From: Acidobacteriota bacterium
Lineage (GTDB): Bacteria; Acidobacteriota; UBA6911; RPQK01; JAJDTT01
Direction: 5' to 3'
DNA: 64,000 bases
Assembly: GCA_965209055.1 (NCBI GenBank)
Contig: OZ242374.1
Location: forward strand, 416,001 to 480,000
Made by a program: the position numbers and the translations under genes. This document shows, piece after piece, positions 1 through 7,705 of the stretch. How positions within the stretch are numbered: the stretch's first letter is position 1; each line of letters opens with the position of its first letter. Below the pieces are notes generated by a model. The model did not search any database and was not told the DNA's origin. It saw nothing but the letters and a program-made list of their open reading frames with translations.

Positions 1-677
1 AAGGCCTCTGGATCATTGACGGGGACGACGGCCGCGTCTTCCTCGTCCGCTACGAAGACGGCAAGGTCCTTCGCGGCTTCGAGACCGAGTGCGTGAAACC
101 GAGCGGAATCACTTTCGACGGCGAGGCGATCTGGATGGCGTCGACCTACAGCCGGGAGATCATCCAGGCCGACGCGTCCAACGGAAAGACGATTCGGAAG
201 TATTTCACGCCCGGGGCAGGTGTGATCTACAGAATGCCTTCGGATGCGCCCCACCGATCGAGTCCGCTCCTGCCTCCGCCGGAGCCATCGCCGGGCGAAC
301 AGTCCGCGCCCAGCGCCTACGATGCCAGTCCCCGTGACGGAACCGGAGCTCACGGTCTCGAGTGGCAGGACGGCAAGCTCTGGGTGGCGGTCCCGCCGTC
401 ACGGATGATCTACCGCATCGATCCCGCGAGCTGGATCGTCGAGCAACGCTTCCCCAGCTCCGGCAACCGTCCCCATGGGATCGGTTGGGCAGGGAACCAT
501 CTTTGGTGCGCGGACACCAACCAGTACGCCTTCTTCAAGCACGATCCCGAAACCGGCGAGATCGTCGAGAGAGTCCAGCTCGCGGACGACGACCCGATAC
601 CTCACGGGATGTCCATCCGGGACGGCGTCCTGTGGTATTGCGACGACGTCGGCATCGTCTGCCGGATGGAGATTTAG
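1..677 (+). CDS. Beta-propeller repeat protein (glutaminyl cyclase/YncE-like), 5' end outside window
   Basis: Frame is open from position 3 (GLWIIDGDDGRV...). Repeated blade motifs PSGITFDG-IW, AHGLEWQDG-LW, PHGIGWAG-LW, PHGMSIRDG-LW. Confidence 0.65.
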   Translation, partial: GLWIIDGDDGRVFLVRYEDGKVLRGFETECVKPSGITFDGEAIWMASTYSREIIQADASNGKTIRKYFTPGAGVIYRMPSDAPHRSSPLLPPPEPSPGEQSAPSAYDASPRDGTGAHGLEWQDGKLWVAVPPSRMIYRIDPASWIVEQRFPSSGNRPHGIGWAGNHLWCADTNQYAFFKHDPETGEIVERVQLADDDPIPHGMSIRDGVLWYCDDVGIVCRMEI

Positions 678-706
678 GAGGGGCAATCTCTAGTTCTGAC
701 TGCCTC

Positions 707-853
707 CAAGTCACTACAGAAGGTTAACTTTGTCGGTCATTTACCGGGTTCTATGCTGAATCGGCAAACTGGGTGACTCCCAATGTTCGGCGTGCTGCAC
801 AGGCAACGAACAGGCAGCAGAATCGGCCCCTGAAAGCCGGCACGCCCTTCCTC
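707..853 (+). promoter_or_regulatory. Conserved non-coding leader upstream of ECF sigma gene (copy 1; paralog at 58750-58895)
   Basis: Manual alignment with 58750-58895 shows about 33 differences over 147 nt with one gap. Contains ACAGGCA twice at an 11 bp period (799-805, 810-816). Confidence 0.6.
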
Positions 854-902
854 CTTGCCCCTGTTCTTTCCGTGCCGGCGGGAAAAGGCCTGCAGGGATA
901 CC

Positions 903-926
903 TGTTACCAGGCATGCTTGGTAACA
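903..926. promoter_or_regulatory. Near-perfect 24 bp palindrome, candidate operator
   Basis: TGTTACCAGGCATGCTTGGTAACA, 15 bp upstream of the ECF sigma ATG at 942. Confidence 0.45.
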
Positions 927-941
927 TCGGGGATAGACTCC

Positions 942-1538
942 ATGGGAAAAGTGACCCCAAGCCTGAACGTCCTTCCCAACCCGGCGCTCAAGCCGGAAGT
1001 CACGGACTGCGCCCTCTTGGAGGGCAACCTGGAAGAGTGGATCGTCTGCTGTTCTCAGCGCTTCTTCCCGCTGGCCCGGAGAATTGCCAGAGACGACAGT
1101 CTCGCCGAAGACGCGCTCCAGACCAGTTGGATCAAGATCCTCCAATCCATCAACCATGCCTACTTCAACGGTCCCAAGGCCTGCCCCTGGGTGAGCCGGA
1201 TTGTCGCCAACACGGCCAAGGATATTCGGCGGCGGCGCCGGAGAGAGGTTCCCTTCTTCGAAGCCGAAGCTCCGGGCCGGACGCCTGAGGATCTGGCCCA
1301 AGAGAAGCAGATGTTGGTCCTGCTGAGGGAAATGGTGTCGCTGCTCCCGGACATCTACCGCCAAGTGATCGAATTGCGTGTCTATGAAGGATACTCCACG
1401 CGGCAGACGGCAGACCTGCTCCATGTCTCCCGCTCGGATGTCTCGACTCGATTGCATCGGGCCACCAAGCTGCTCCAGCGGCGCATCGATTCCCACCTTG
1501 AACCTGCCCCACCCCGAAGCTCCACGACTAAGGGATAG
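942..1538 (+). CDS. RNA polymerase ECF (sigma-70 group 4) sigma factor
   Basis: Region 2 (ARRIARDDSLAEDALQTSW...WVSRIVANTAKDIRRRRR) and region 4 (LPDIYRQVIELRVYEGYSTRQTADLLHVSRSDVSTRLHRA). ATG 942 preferred over the longer ORF start. Confidence 0.9.
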   Translation: MGKVTPSLNVLPNPALKPEVTDCALLEGNLEEWIVCCSQRFFPLARRIARDDSLAEDALQTSWIKILQSINHAYFNGPKACPWVSRIVANTAKDIRRRRRREVPFFEAEAPGRTPEDLAQEKQMLVLLREMVSLLPDIYRQVIELRVYEGYSTRQTADLLHVSRSDVSTRLHRATKLLQRRIDSHLEPAPPRSSTTKG

Positions 1539-1576
1539 CCTCAGTTAAGGGCCCCTTTCCCGTCACTTCGACGATC

Positions 1577-1610
1577 CCCATCGGGGGCCCTTTCGCCCGA
1601 TGGGAAAAAA
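1577..1610. terminator. Hairpin CCCATCGGG...CCCGATGGG followed by an A-run, probable intrinsic terminator
   Basis: 9 bp perfect stem immediately downstream of the sigma gene. The A-tract would read as a U-tract on the minus strand. Confidence 0.45.
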
Positions 1611-1644
1611 GATTGTGACCGATTCCGATTTCAGGCGTTGTACT
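1606..1644 (+). promoter_or_regulatory. Putative ECF-type promoter (TGTGACC...CGTTGTA), copy 1
   Basis: 36/39 nt identical to the reverse complement of 59424-59462. Both copies sit upstream of small membrane/secreted ORFs. The -35/-10 layout is ECF-like. Confidence 0.6.
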
Positions 1645-1726
1645 GGGTAGAGGGGGAGGGCCCAAGGCGTCAGGAGAGAGATGATGCGGGTGAATGACCA
1701 CGGGGGCGAAGACAGTAGGAAAATCC

Positions 1727-2110
1727 ATGCAAGACATCAGCGTCTCTCTTACGGTTATCGTATTCCTGGCTCTGGGTGCTCTGCTTGTCGCCGCGGTGGC
1801 GGTCCCGGTGGAGATCGTGGGCACGCTTCAGCACGTCAACTCAGTTCCACCCGGCGGAAAGATCCTGGTGGTTCAGGGGATGCCCCATTTGAGTTTCACC
1901 ACGTATGAGGTGGAGGAAGACAGGCGGTTCCGATTCACGCGCGATTCCGAGGGGCTTCTGGTGATCCATGCAGTGGCCCGGGGCCGTTCCTCTACGGAAC
2001 GAGCGAGCGATGCCGTGACCACAAGAGCCGTGGTCGTGAACCTCACGCTGCCCTCAGGTCGGTCCATGCCGGTTCGAGTGGTCGATTCCGAGGGCAACGC
2101 CGTTCGTTAG
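1727..2110 (+). CDS. Small hypothetical protein with N-terminal hydrophobic segment
   Basis: ORF MQDISVSLTVIVFLALGALLVAAV... with AGGA upstream, downstream of the ECF-like promoter. Confidence 0.55.
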   Translation: MQDISVSLTVIVFLALGALLVAAVAVPVEIVGTLQHVNSVPPGGKILVVQGMPHLSFTTYEVEEDRRFRFTRDSEGLLVIHAVARGRSSTERASDAVTTRAVVVNLTLPSGRSMPVRVVDSEGNAVR

Positions 2111-3099
2111 CCGGCCGCGCCCTCCGGCGTGGGGAGGCCGGCGGCTGGAACCCGCCGCTCCAATTGAGCCGCCAACTTTGCGATGAGTTCCGGACTCGGA
2201 TCATCGCCCTGCTTGAACGCCATGATCTGGATCTCTTCGAACCGGTCGCCGCCGATGCCCTGGGCTATGCAGATCCGCTCCACTTCCGCCCGGAAGACCT
2301 CCAGTTCCGGACCCGTTCGCTCGGCCTGCCACATCGTCGGCCTGCGCGCCGGATAGGTGATGGTGTTGAGCGAAAGCCTGACCAGACCGCTGCCGTTGGG
2401 AAGCGAGCGATGGACGGCGCAGCAGTGGAACATGAGGAGATCGCCCACCTCGAACGGCGAGGAGGTCCAAACGCCGTGCGTGTCTTCCAGACGCACTCCC
2501 TTCTGCGTCCGCCCCTTGAAGAAGTATGAGTACACCCCGTCAAATTCGACATGCTCCTGGAGGCCGTGCTTGTGGGAACCGGACGCGATGGCCAGTCCTC
2601 CGTTGGCGATCTCCATATCCATGAGGGGAACCCAGATCATGCGGAACTCGTCGGTTTCGCGGATGTAGAAGTGGTCCTGATGGGGTGGCGTCAGATAGGG
2701 CGCATCGGTGGGCATGGAATAGCGGAATCCGATGGACCGTCCGACCCGCGCCTTCTCTCCAAAAGCGATATCCACGGCCTCCTGCAGTTCCGGAGAAGCC
2801 ATCAGCTCCCAGGGAGATTTCAGCCGGTAGAGAGGCCCCATGTCGACCTCGACGGCGCTGGCGCCGGGTGTCGCCCGCGGTTCGGCCGAGTCCTCCTCCA
2901 TGACGCCCTGCCGCTGCAGGACGCCGGCGATATCCGATCTCGCTCGGAGTACGGTCTCCGGATTCAGGGCGCCCTTGAAAAGGAGGTAGCCGTTCTCTTC
3001 AAAGGAGCTTCGGATGTCCTCGGGATGGTCGCGGCCGATGCGGACCTCGTGAAAAGGGGCGAGCGGTTCGTTTGAGCCCCGGTCGGAAGGCTGTGTCAT
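2107..3099 (-). CDS. Phytanoyl-CoA dioxygenase (PhyH) family Fe(II)/2OG dioxygenase
   Basis: FEENGYL, TPPHQD (HxD), WVPL..GGL..GSH, GDLLMFH..VHRS..N..RLS motifs. Confidence 0.88.
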   Translation of the reverse strand: MTQPSDRGSNEPLAPFHEVRIGRDHPEDIRSSFEENGYLLFKGALNPETVLRARSDIAGVLQRQGVMEEDSAEPRATPGASAVEVDMGPLYRLKSPWELMASPELQEAVDIAFGEKARVGRSIGFRYSMPTDAPYLTPPHQDHFYIRETDEFRMIWVPLMDMEIANGGLAIASGSHKHGLQEHVEFDGVYSYFFKGRTQKGVRLEDTHGVWTSSPFEVGDLLMFHCCAVHRSLPNGSGLVRLSLNTITYPARRPTMWQAERTGPELEVFRAEVERICIAQGIGGDRFEEIQIMAFKQGDDPSPELIAKLAAQLERRVPAAGLPTPEGAAG

Positions 3100-3115
3100 T
3101 CGATTTCCCCGACGG

Positions 3116-4831
3116 TCAATCCCCGCTCCCTGCCGGAATCACGGGGAGCACCAGGTGGGAGGGGTGCCGGGCGTTGTGGTAGACGGTCTGTCTGGCCACC
3201 ACGATCTCGTCGCTGGTCCCCAGCGGCTCGCCGATGTTCTGATTGCGGGCAAACCGGGGGAAATTGCTGCTGGAAATTTCCAGACGGATCCGATGCCCCG
3301 CCTTGAAGACGTAGCTGGTCTCCCACAAGCTGATGTCGTACTCGTAGACCTTCCCCGGCTCGATCAGCGTCGGAGTCTCCAGGGAATCCCGGAAGCGGGC
3401 TCCCCGGATCCCCTCGCAGACGTGAATCGCCTGGCCGTCCGGCTGCACGTCGCTCAGCGTCGCCGTCCAGTCGGTGTCGACGGCGCTGGAGGCCGCGTAG
3501 AGTTTGAAGTCGACGGGGCCGGTGACTTCCATGTCCCGCTCCAGCGGTTCCGAGGTGTAGACCAGAATGTCCTGGCGGCTCTGAACGGAACTCCTGTCTT
3601 TACGCCCCCGAATCTCCCCGTGGGTCGAGATCTGTCCTCCCAGAGTCGGCACCGGGTCTTCCGGATCGTAGGCGTAGCGGTCCGGCGGCTCGTCCCGGGC
3701 GGGCGATGACATCAGAGCGCCGTCCCCTTGGTCACCGTTGGCCTTGCCCGAACTCCTGATGTAATACTTCGTGAACCGGGTCCGGGCCAGGGGCCACTCG
3801 TTCTCGAAGCGCCAGACGTCGGGGCCCATGACGAAGATCTTGATGGGGGGTTCGGCGTCGATCCCGTTCTGGATGCCCTTGAGCCAGTAGTCGTACCACC
3901 TCAACTCCACGTCGAGCAGCTCCGGATAGGAGTTCGTCCCCCCATGGACCCAAGGGCCCACCAGGATCTTCGTCCCTTTGCGCGCCGCCTCGGAGCCGCC
4001 CTCTTCGGTGAAGCCCTTGAAGTTCCGCCAGCCCTCGTGAACCAGGTTGTCGTACCAGCCGGTCATGAAATAGGCCGGGACCTGGATCTGCCCGTACTTC
4101 TCCTTGATCCCGTAGGCCTGCCAGTATTCGTCGTACCTGGCGTGGGCGAACCAGTCCTTCACGTGCTGGACCTGGGGGAAGTCGTCCACCGCCGCCATGA
4201 GGGGCAGGCGGCGGTAATGGGGGTCTTCCGCGGGTAGGATCTTCTGGGTCTGGGCGCCCTGCTTGGTGAAGAGTCCGAACTCGAAGACCACGTTCAACTG
4301 CATGACCCCGTCGTTGTAGAGGTGTCCGAAGTTGGTCTGCTGGTTTTCTCGGGGCACCAGGCACTTGAGGTAGGGGCTGCCCAGGGGGGCCGGCATCACC
4401 TGGGTGAAACCGTTGTAGGAGATCCCCATGGTGCCGATTTCTCCGTTGGACCATGGTTGTTGCCCCAACCACTGCTGGGCGTCGTAGCCGTCGCGGGGTT
4501 CGTTCACATAAGGAACCCAGGTCCCTCCCGAGTCGTAGCGCCCGCGGGAATCCACCAATGCGACGGCGTAGCCTCTCTTGGCGAAGTACTCGGCGTGTTC
4601 GTTCTGGAAGGGGGCCCGGAAGTATCTCAACAGCATGAGAGTCGGAAACTTGCCCGGCGCATCGGGGCGAAAGACGTGGGCGGCCAGGTTGACGCCGTCC
4701 CGCATGGGGACGGGCATTTTGCTCTCGTCGATGATCTCGTGGACGGGTTGCGAAGGGCCGGCCGGTTCAGGAACCGAGCAGGCCGCAATCAGCAGCAGTA
4801 GACCAGGGAACAGTCGCACCGGCGAGATCAT
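3116..4831 (-). CDS. CocE/NonD family serine hydrolase (lipoprotein signal)
   Basis: PMRDGV, DSRGRYDSGG, GISYNG nucleophile elbow, GWYD, GPWVH, C-terminal SSSNFPRF. LIAAC lipobox. Confidence 0.92.
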   Translation of the reverse strand: MISPVRLFPGLLLLIAACSVPEPAGPSQPVHEIIDESKMPVPMRDGVNLAAHVFRPDAPGKFPTLMLLRYFRAPFQNEHAEYFAKRGYAVALVDSRGRYDSGGTWVPYVNEPRDGYDAQQWLGQQPWSNGEIGTMGISYNGFTQVMPAPLGSPYLKCLVPRENQQTNFGHLYNDGVMQLNVVFEFGLFTKQGAQTQKILPAEDPHYRRLPLMAAVDDFPQVQHVKDWFAHARYDEYWQAYGIKEKYGQIQVPAYFMTGWYDNLVHEGWRNFKGFTEEGGSEAARKGTKILVGPWVHGGTNSYPELLDVELRWYDYWLKGIQNGIDAEPPIKIFVMGPDVWRFENEWPLARTRFTKYYIRSSGKANGDQGDGALMSSPARDEPPDRYAYDPEDPVPTLGGQISTHGEIRGRKDRSSVQSRQDILVYTSEPLERDMEVTGPVDFKLYAASSAVDTDWTATLSDVQPDGQAIHVCEGIRGARFRDSLETPTLIEPGKVYEYDISLWETSYVFKAGHRIRLEISSSNFPRFARNQNIGEPLGTSDEIVVARQTVYHNARHPSHLVLPVIPAGSGD

Positions 4832-4996
4832 TTCAGGCCTCCCTTTCCAACCCGCACCTCAGGAGGTTTCGAGGGCGTCGCGATGGGACGGGACGGTGTC
4901 GAAATGCGTTTTTCGACAGAAATTTGGGGTAGGGTATTTTCAAGTTCGGCGTTGGATTTTAACATGCTCCCATAACTCGATCAGGAGCAACCCGTC

Positions 4997-6010
4997 ATGA
5001 AACCATTTCTCGACTCTTCCCGCGTCATCAGCAACGGTCCCGAACTGGCCCGCCGCATGAAAAGGGACGGCTATCTCTTCGTGCGCGGTCTATTGCCGGC
5101 GGAACCCCTGGAATCCTTGCGCATGCAGTTTCTGGAGATCGCGGCCGCCAACGGCTGGATCAGCACCAGGAACGCCTCCTTGGAGGAGGGCGTCGCCGAC
5201 CTGTCCGGGTTCTGCGTCGAGCCGGAACCGAAATACATGGAGGTCTACGAGCAGTTCTACCGGCTCCAGGATTTTCACGCGCTGCCCCACCACCCTCGAA
5301 TCCTGGGGTTGCTGGAGCGGATGACGGGAGAGCCGGTCATTCACCATCCGCGGATCATCGCCCGTTTCATGTTCCCGCGGCGAAACGCCTATACGACCAA
5401 GGCGCACCAGGACTTCATTCCCATCCAGGGGACCGAAGAAACCTTCACCGCCTGGATTCCGCTGTCGGACCTGCCGGAAGAAATGGGCGGGCTGCAGATC
5501 GCCGCCGGCTCGCACCTGGGCGGGGTCTATGACATCAAGCCGGCCTTGGGCGCCGGCGGCTTCGAGATCGCCGCCGACCTGGGAGATTGCTGGGTGGGCA
5601 ACAGTTTCCGGCAAGGTGACGTGCTGTTTTTCCACAGCCTGGCGGCGCACCGCGGGGTCTCGAACCGGGGAAAGCGCATGCGCATGTCCATCGACGGCCG
5701 CTACCAGAAGCGGAGCGATCCCATCACCGCGGACAGCCTGTCACCCCATATGGGCGTCGACGGGTTGAGCTGGGAAGAGATCTACGCGGACTGGACCTCC
5801 GGCGAATTCCAGTACTACTGGAAGGATTGGAATCCCCGGATCGCGGAATACGACCCCAGCTACTTCGAACGGCGCGACGTGCTGGCCATGGAAATGGCGG
5901 AACAGGGGGACGAAATCGCCCGTTCCACTTTGCAGCGCATCGTCGCCCGGGATCAAAATCCGGAAAAACGCGCCCGGGCCCAGAGTCTGCTGACTCGGCT
6001 GGACGCGTAG
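4997..6010 (+). CDS. Phytanoyl-CoA dioxygenase (PhyH) family protein
   Basis: RDGYL, TKAHQD, WIPL..GGL..GSH, GDVLFFH..AHRG..RMSIDGRY. Confidence 0.88.
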   Translation: MKPFLDSSRVISNGPELARRMKRDGYLFVRGLLPAEPLESLRMQFLEIAAANGWISTRNASLEEGVADLSGFCVEPEPKYMEVYEQFYRLQDFHALPHHPRILGLLERMTGEPVIHHPRIIARFMFPRRNAYTTKAHQDFIPIQGTEETFTAWIPLSDLPEEMGGLQIAAGSHLGGVYDIKPALGAGGFEIAADLGDCWVGNSFRQGDVLFFHSLAAHRGVSNRGKRMRMSIDGRYQKRSDPITADSLSPHMGVDGLSWEEIYADWTSGEFQYYWKDWNPRIAEYDPSYFERRDVLAMEMAEQGDEIARSTLQRIVARDQNPEKRARAQSLLTRLDA

Positions 6011-6153
6011 AGCGGCGTCTTGGATCGGCGGCTCTCCAGCCGCCGATCTCCAGACTCACAAAATACCCAGGACTCCCCCGTCGGCCACCCCGCCACCCTT
6101 CTCCAGATTCATAGCCCACCCCACCTCCGTTCGGTATAATCTTCGCTTTCCCC

Positions 6154-7404
6154 ATGCAGAAATACTCCTTTCTGAGCCTGGCGCGGAACGCCCTCAGCTA
6201 CCACGAAAACTGGCAGCGCGCCTGGCGGAGTCCCGACCCGAAGCCCGAGTACGACGTTGTCATTGTGGGCGGCGGCGGCCACGGCCTCGCCACCGCCTAC
6301 TACCTGGTCAAGGAGCATCGCGCCGGCAGCGTCGCCGTCCTGGAGAAGGGGTACGTCGGAGGCGGCAACACTGGACGCAACACCGAGATCGTCCGCTCCA
6401 ACTACCTCTGGGACGAAGCCGCCCACATCTACGAGTTTTCACTGAAGCTCTGGGAAGGCCTCACCCAGGAGATCAACTTCAACCTGATGTTCAGCCAGCG
6501 GGGGCTGCTGAGCCTGGGACACACGCTCCAGGACCTCCGGGACATTCAGCGCCGCATCAACGCCAACCTCCTCAACGGCATCGACAGCGAGTTCCTGACC
6601 CCGGAGCAGATCAAGGAGATGGTCCCGGCCATCGACATCTCTCCCCGGGCCCGACATCCCATTCTGGGAGCCTCGCTGCAGCGCCGGGGAGGGACGGCCC
6701 GCCACGATGCCCTGGCCTGGGGGCTGGCCCGGGCCGCGGATTCGGTGGGGGTGGACGTCATTCACAACTGCGAGGTGACGGGCATCCGCAGGGAAAACGG
6801 CGCCGTAACCGGAGTGGACACGTCGCGAGGATTCATCAAAGCCGGCAAGGTCGGCTGCGTTACGGCGGGCAACTCGGGGGTCCTGGCCTCCATGGCGGGG
6901 ATGCGGCTGCCGTTGGAGAGCCGACCCCTGCAGGCTTGGGTTTCCCAACCCCTCAAGCCGATTCTGGACGTGGTGGTGATGTCCAACGCCGTGCACGCCT
7001 ACATCAGCCAGACCGACCGGGGCGAGTTGCTCTGCGGCGCCGGCGTCGACTCCTACAACGGCTACGGCCAGCGCGGCAGCCCCGCCACCCTGGAGCACGC
7101 CATCGCCGCCATCATCGAGATGTTTCCCAGTTTCAGCCGGGTTCGAATGCTGCGGCAGTGGGCCGGCACCGTGGACACCTGTCCGGACGCCTGCCCCATC
7201 ATCGGCCTCACCCCCGTGAAGGGACTCTACTTCAACTGCGGATGGGGGACCGGAGGGTACAAGTCGACGCCGGGCTCCGGATGGGTCTTCGCCCACACCA
7301 TCGCGCAGAACCGCCCCCACCGCCTCAACGAGCCGTTCTCGCTGGAGCGGTTCACGACGGGGCACCTCATCGACGAGCACGGCGCCGCGGGAGTGGCTCA
7401 CTGA
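6154..7404 (+). CDS. soxB: Sarcosine oxidase subunit beta
   Basis: GGGGHGLATAYYL, GGNTGRNT, C-terminal IDEHGAAGVAH. First gene of a BDAG operon. Confidence 0.96.
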   Translation: MQKYSFLSLARNALSYHENWQRAWRSPDPKPEYDVVIVGGGGHGLATAYYLVKEHRAGSVAVLEKGYVGGGNTGRNTEIVRSNYLWDEAAHIYEFSLKLWEGLTQEINFNLMFSQRGLLSLGHTLQDLRDIQRRINANLLNGIDSEFLTPEQIKEMVPAIDISPRARHPILGASLQRRGGTARHDALAWGLARAADSVGVDVIHNCEVTGIRRENGAVTGVDTSRGFIKAGKVGCVTAGNSGVLASMAGMRLPLESRPLQAWVSQPLKPILDVVVMSNAVHAYISQTDRGELLCGAGVDSYNGYGQRGSPATLEHAIAAIIEMFPSFSRVRMLRQWAGTVDTCPDACPIIGLTPVKGLYFNCGWGTGGYKSTPGSGWVFAHTIAQNRPHRLNEPFSLERFTTGHLIDEHGAAGVAH

Positions 7405-7423
7405 AGCCCGAAGGGCGGATCTC

Positions 7424-7705
7424 ATGCTCCTGATCGAATGTCCCTGGTGCGGCCCCCGCGACGAATCGGAGTTCGCCTACTCCGGCGAGGCGCACATCGT
7501 CCGGCCCCCGGCGCCGGAAGAGCTCACCGACGAAGAGTGGGCCGACTACCTCTTCTACCGGAGGAACAAGCGGGGGGACCATCTGGAGCAGTGGTGCCAC
7601 GCCTCGGGCTGCCGGCGCTATTTCAACGTCCAGCGGGACACCGTGACCTACCGGATCAAGTCGGTGTACAAGCCGGGCGAGCCGCGTCCGGGAGACCGGA
7701 CATGA
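7424..7705 (+). CDS. soxD: Sarcosine oxidase subunit delta
   Basis: MLLIECPWCGPRDESEF..., EQWCH..GCRRYFN zinc ligands. Confidence 0.95.
   Translation: MLLIECPWCGPRDESEFAYSGEAHIVRPPAPEELTDEEWADYLFYRRNKRGDHLEQWCHASGCRRYFNVQRDTVTYRIKSVYKPGEPRPGDRT

Noticed and set aside
6135-6140. TATAAT upstream of soxB as a promoter
   Set aside because: No correctly spaced -35 could be identified. A single hexamer is insufficient evidence.
7438-7701. N-terminal extension of SoxA
   Set aside because: It overlaps soxD out of frame. ATG 7702 gives the normal ATGA coupling.
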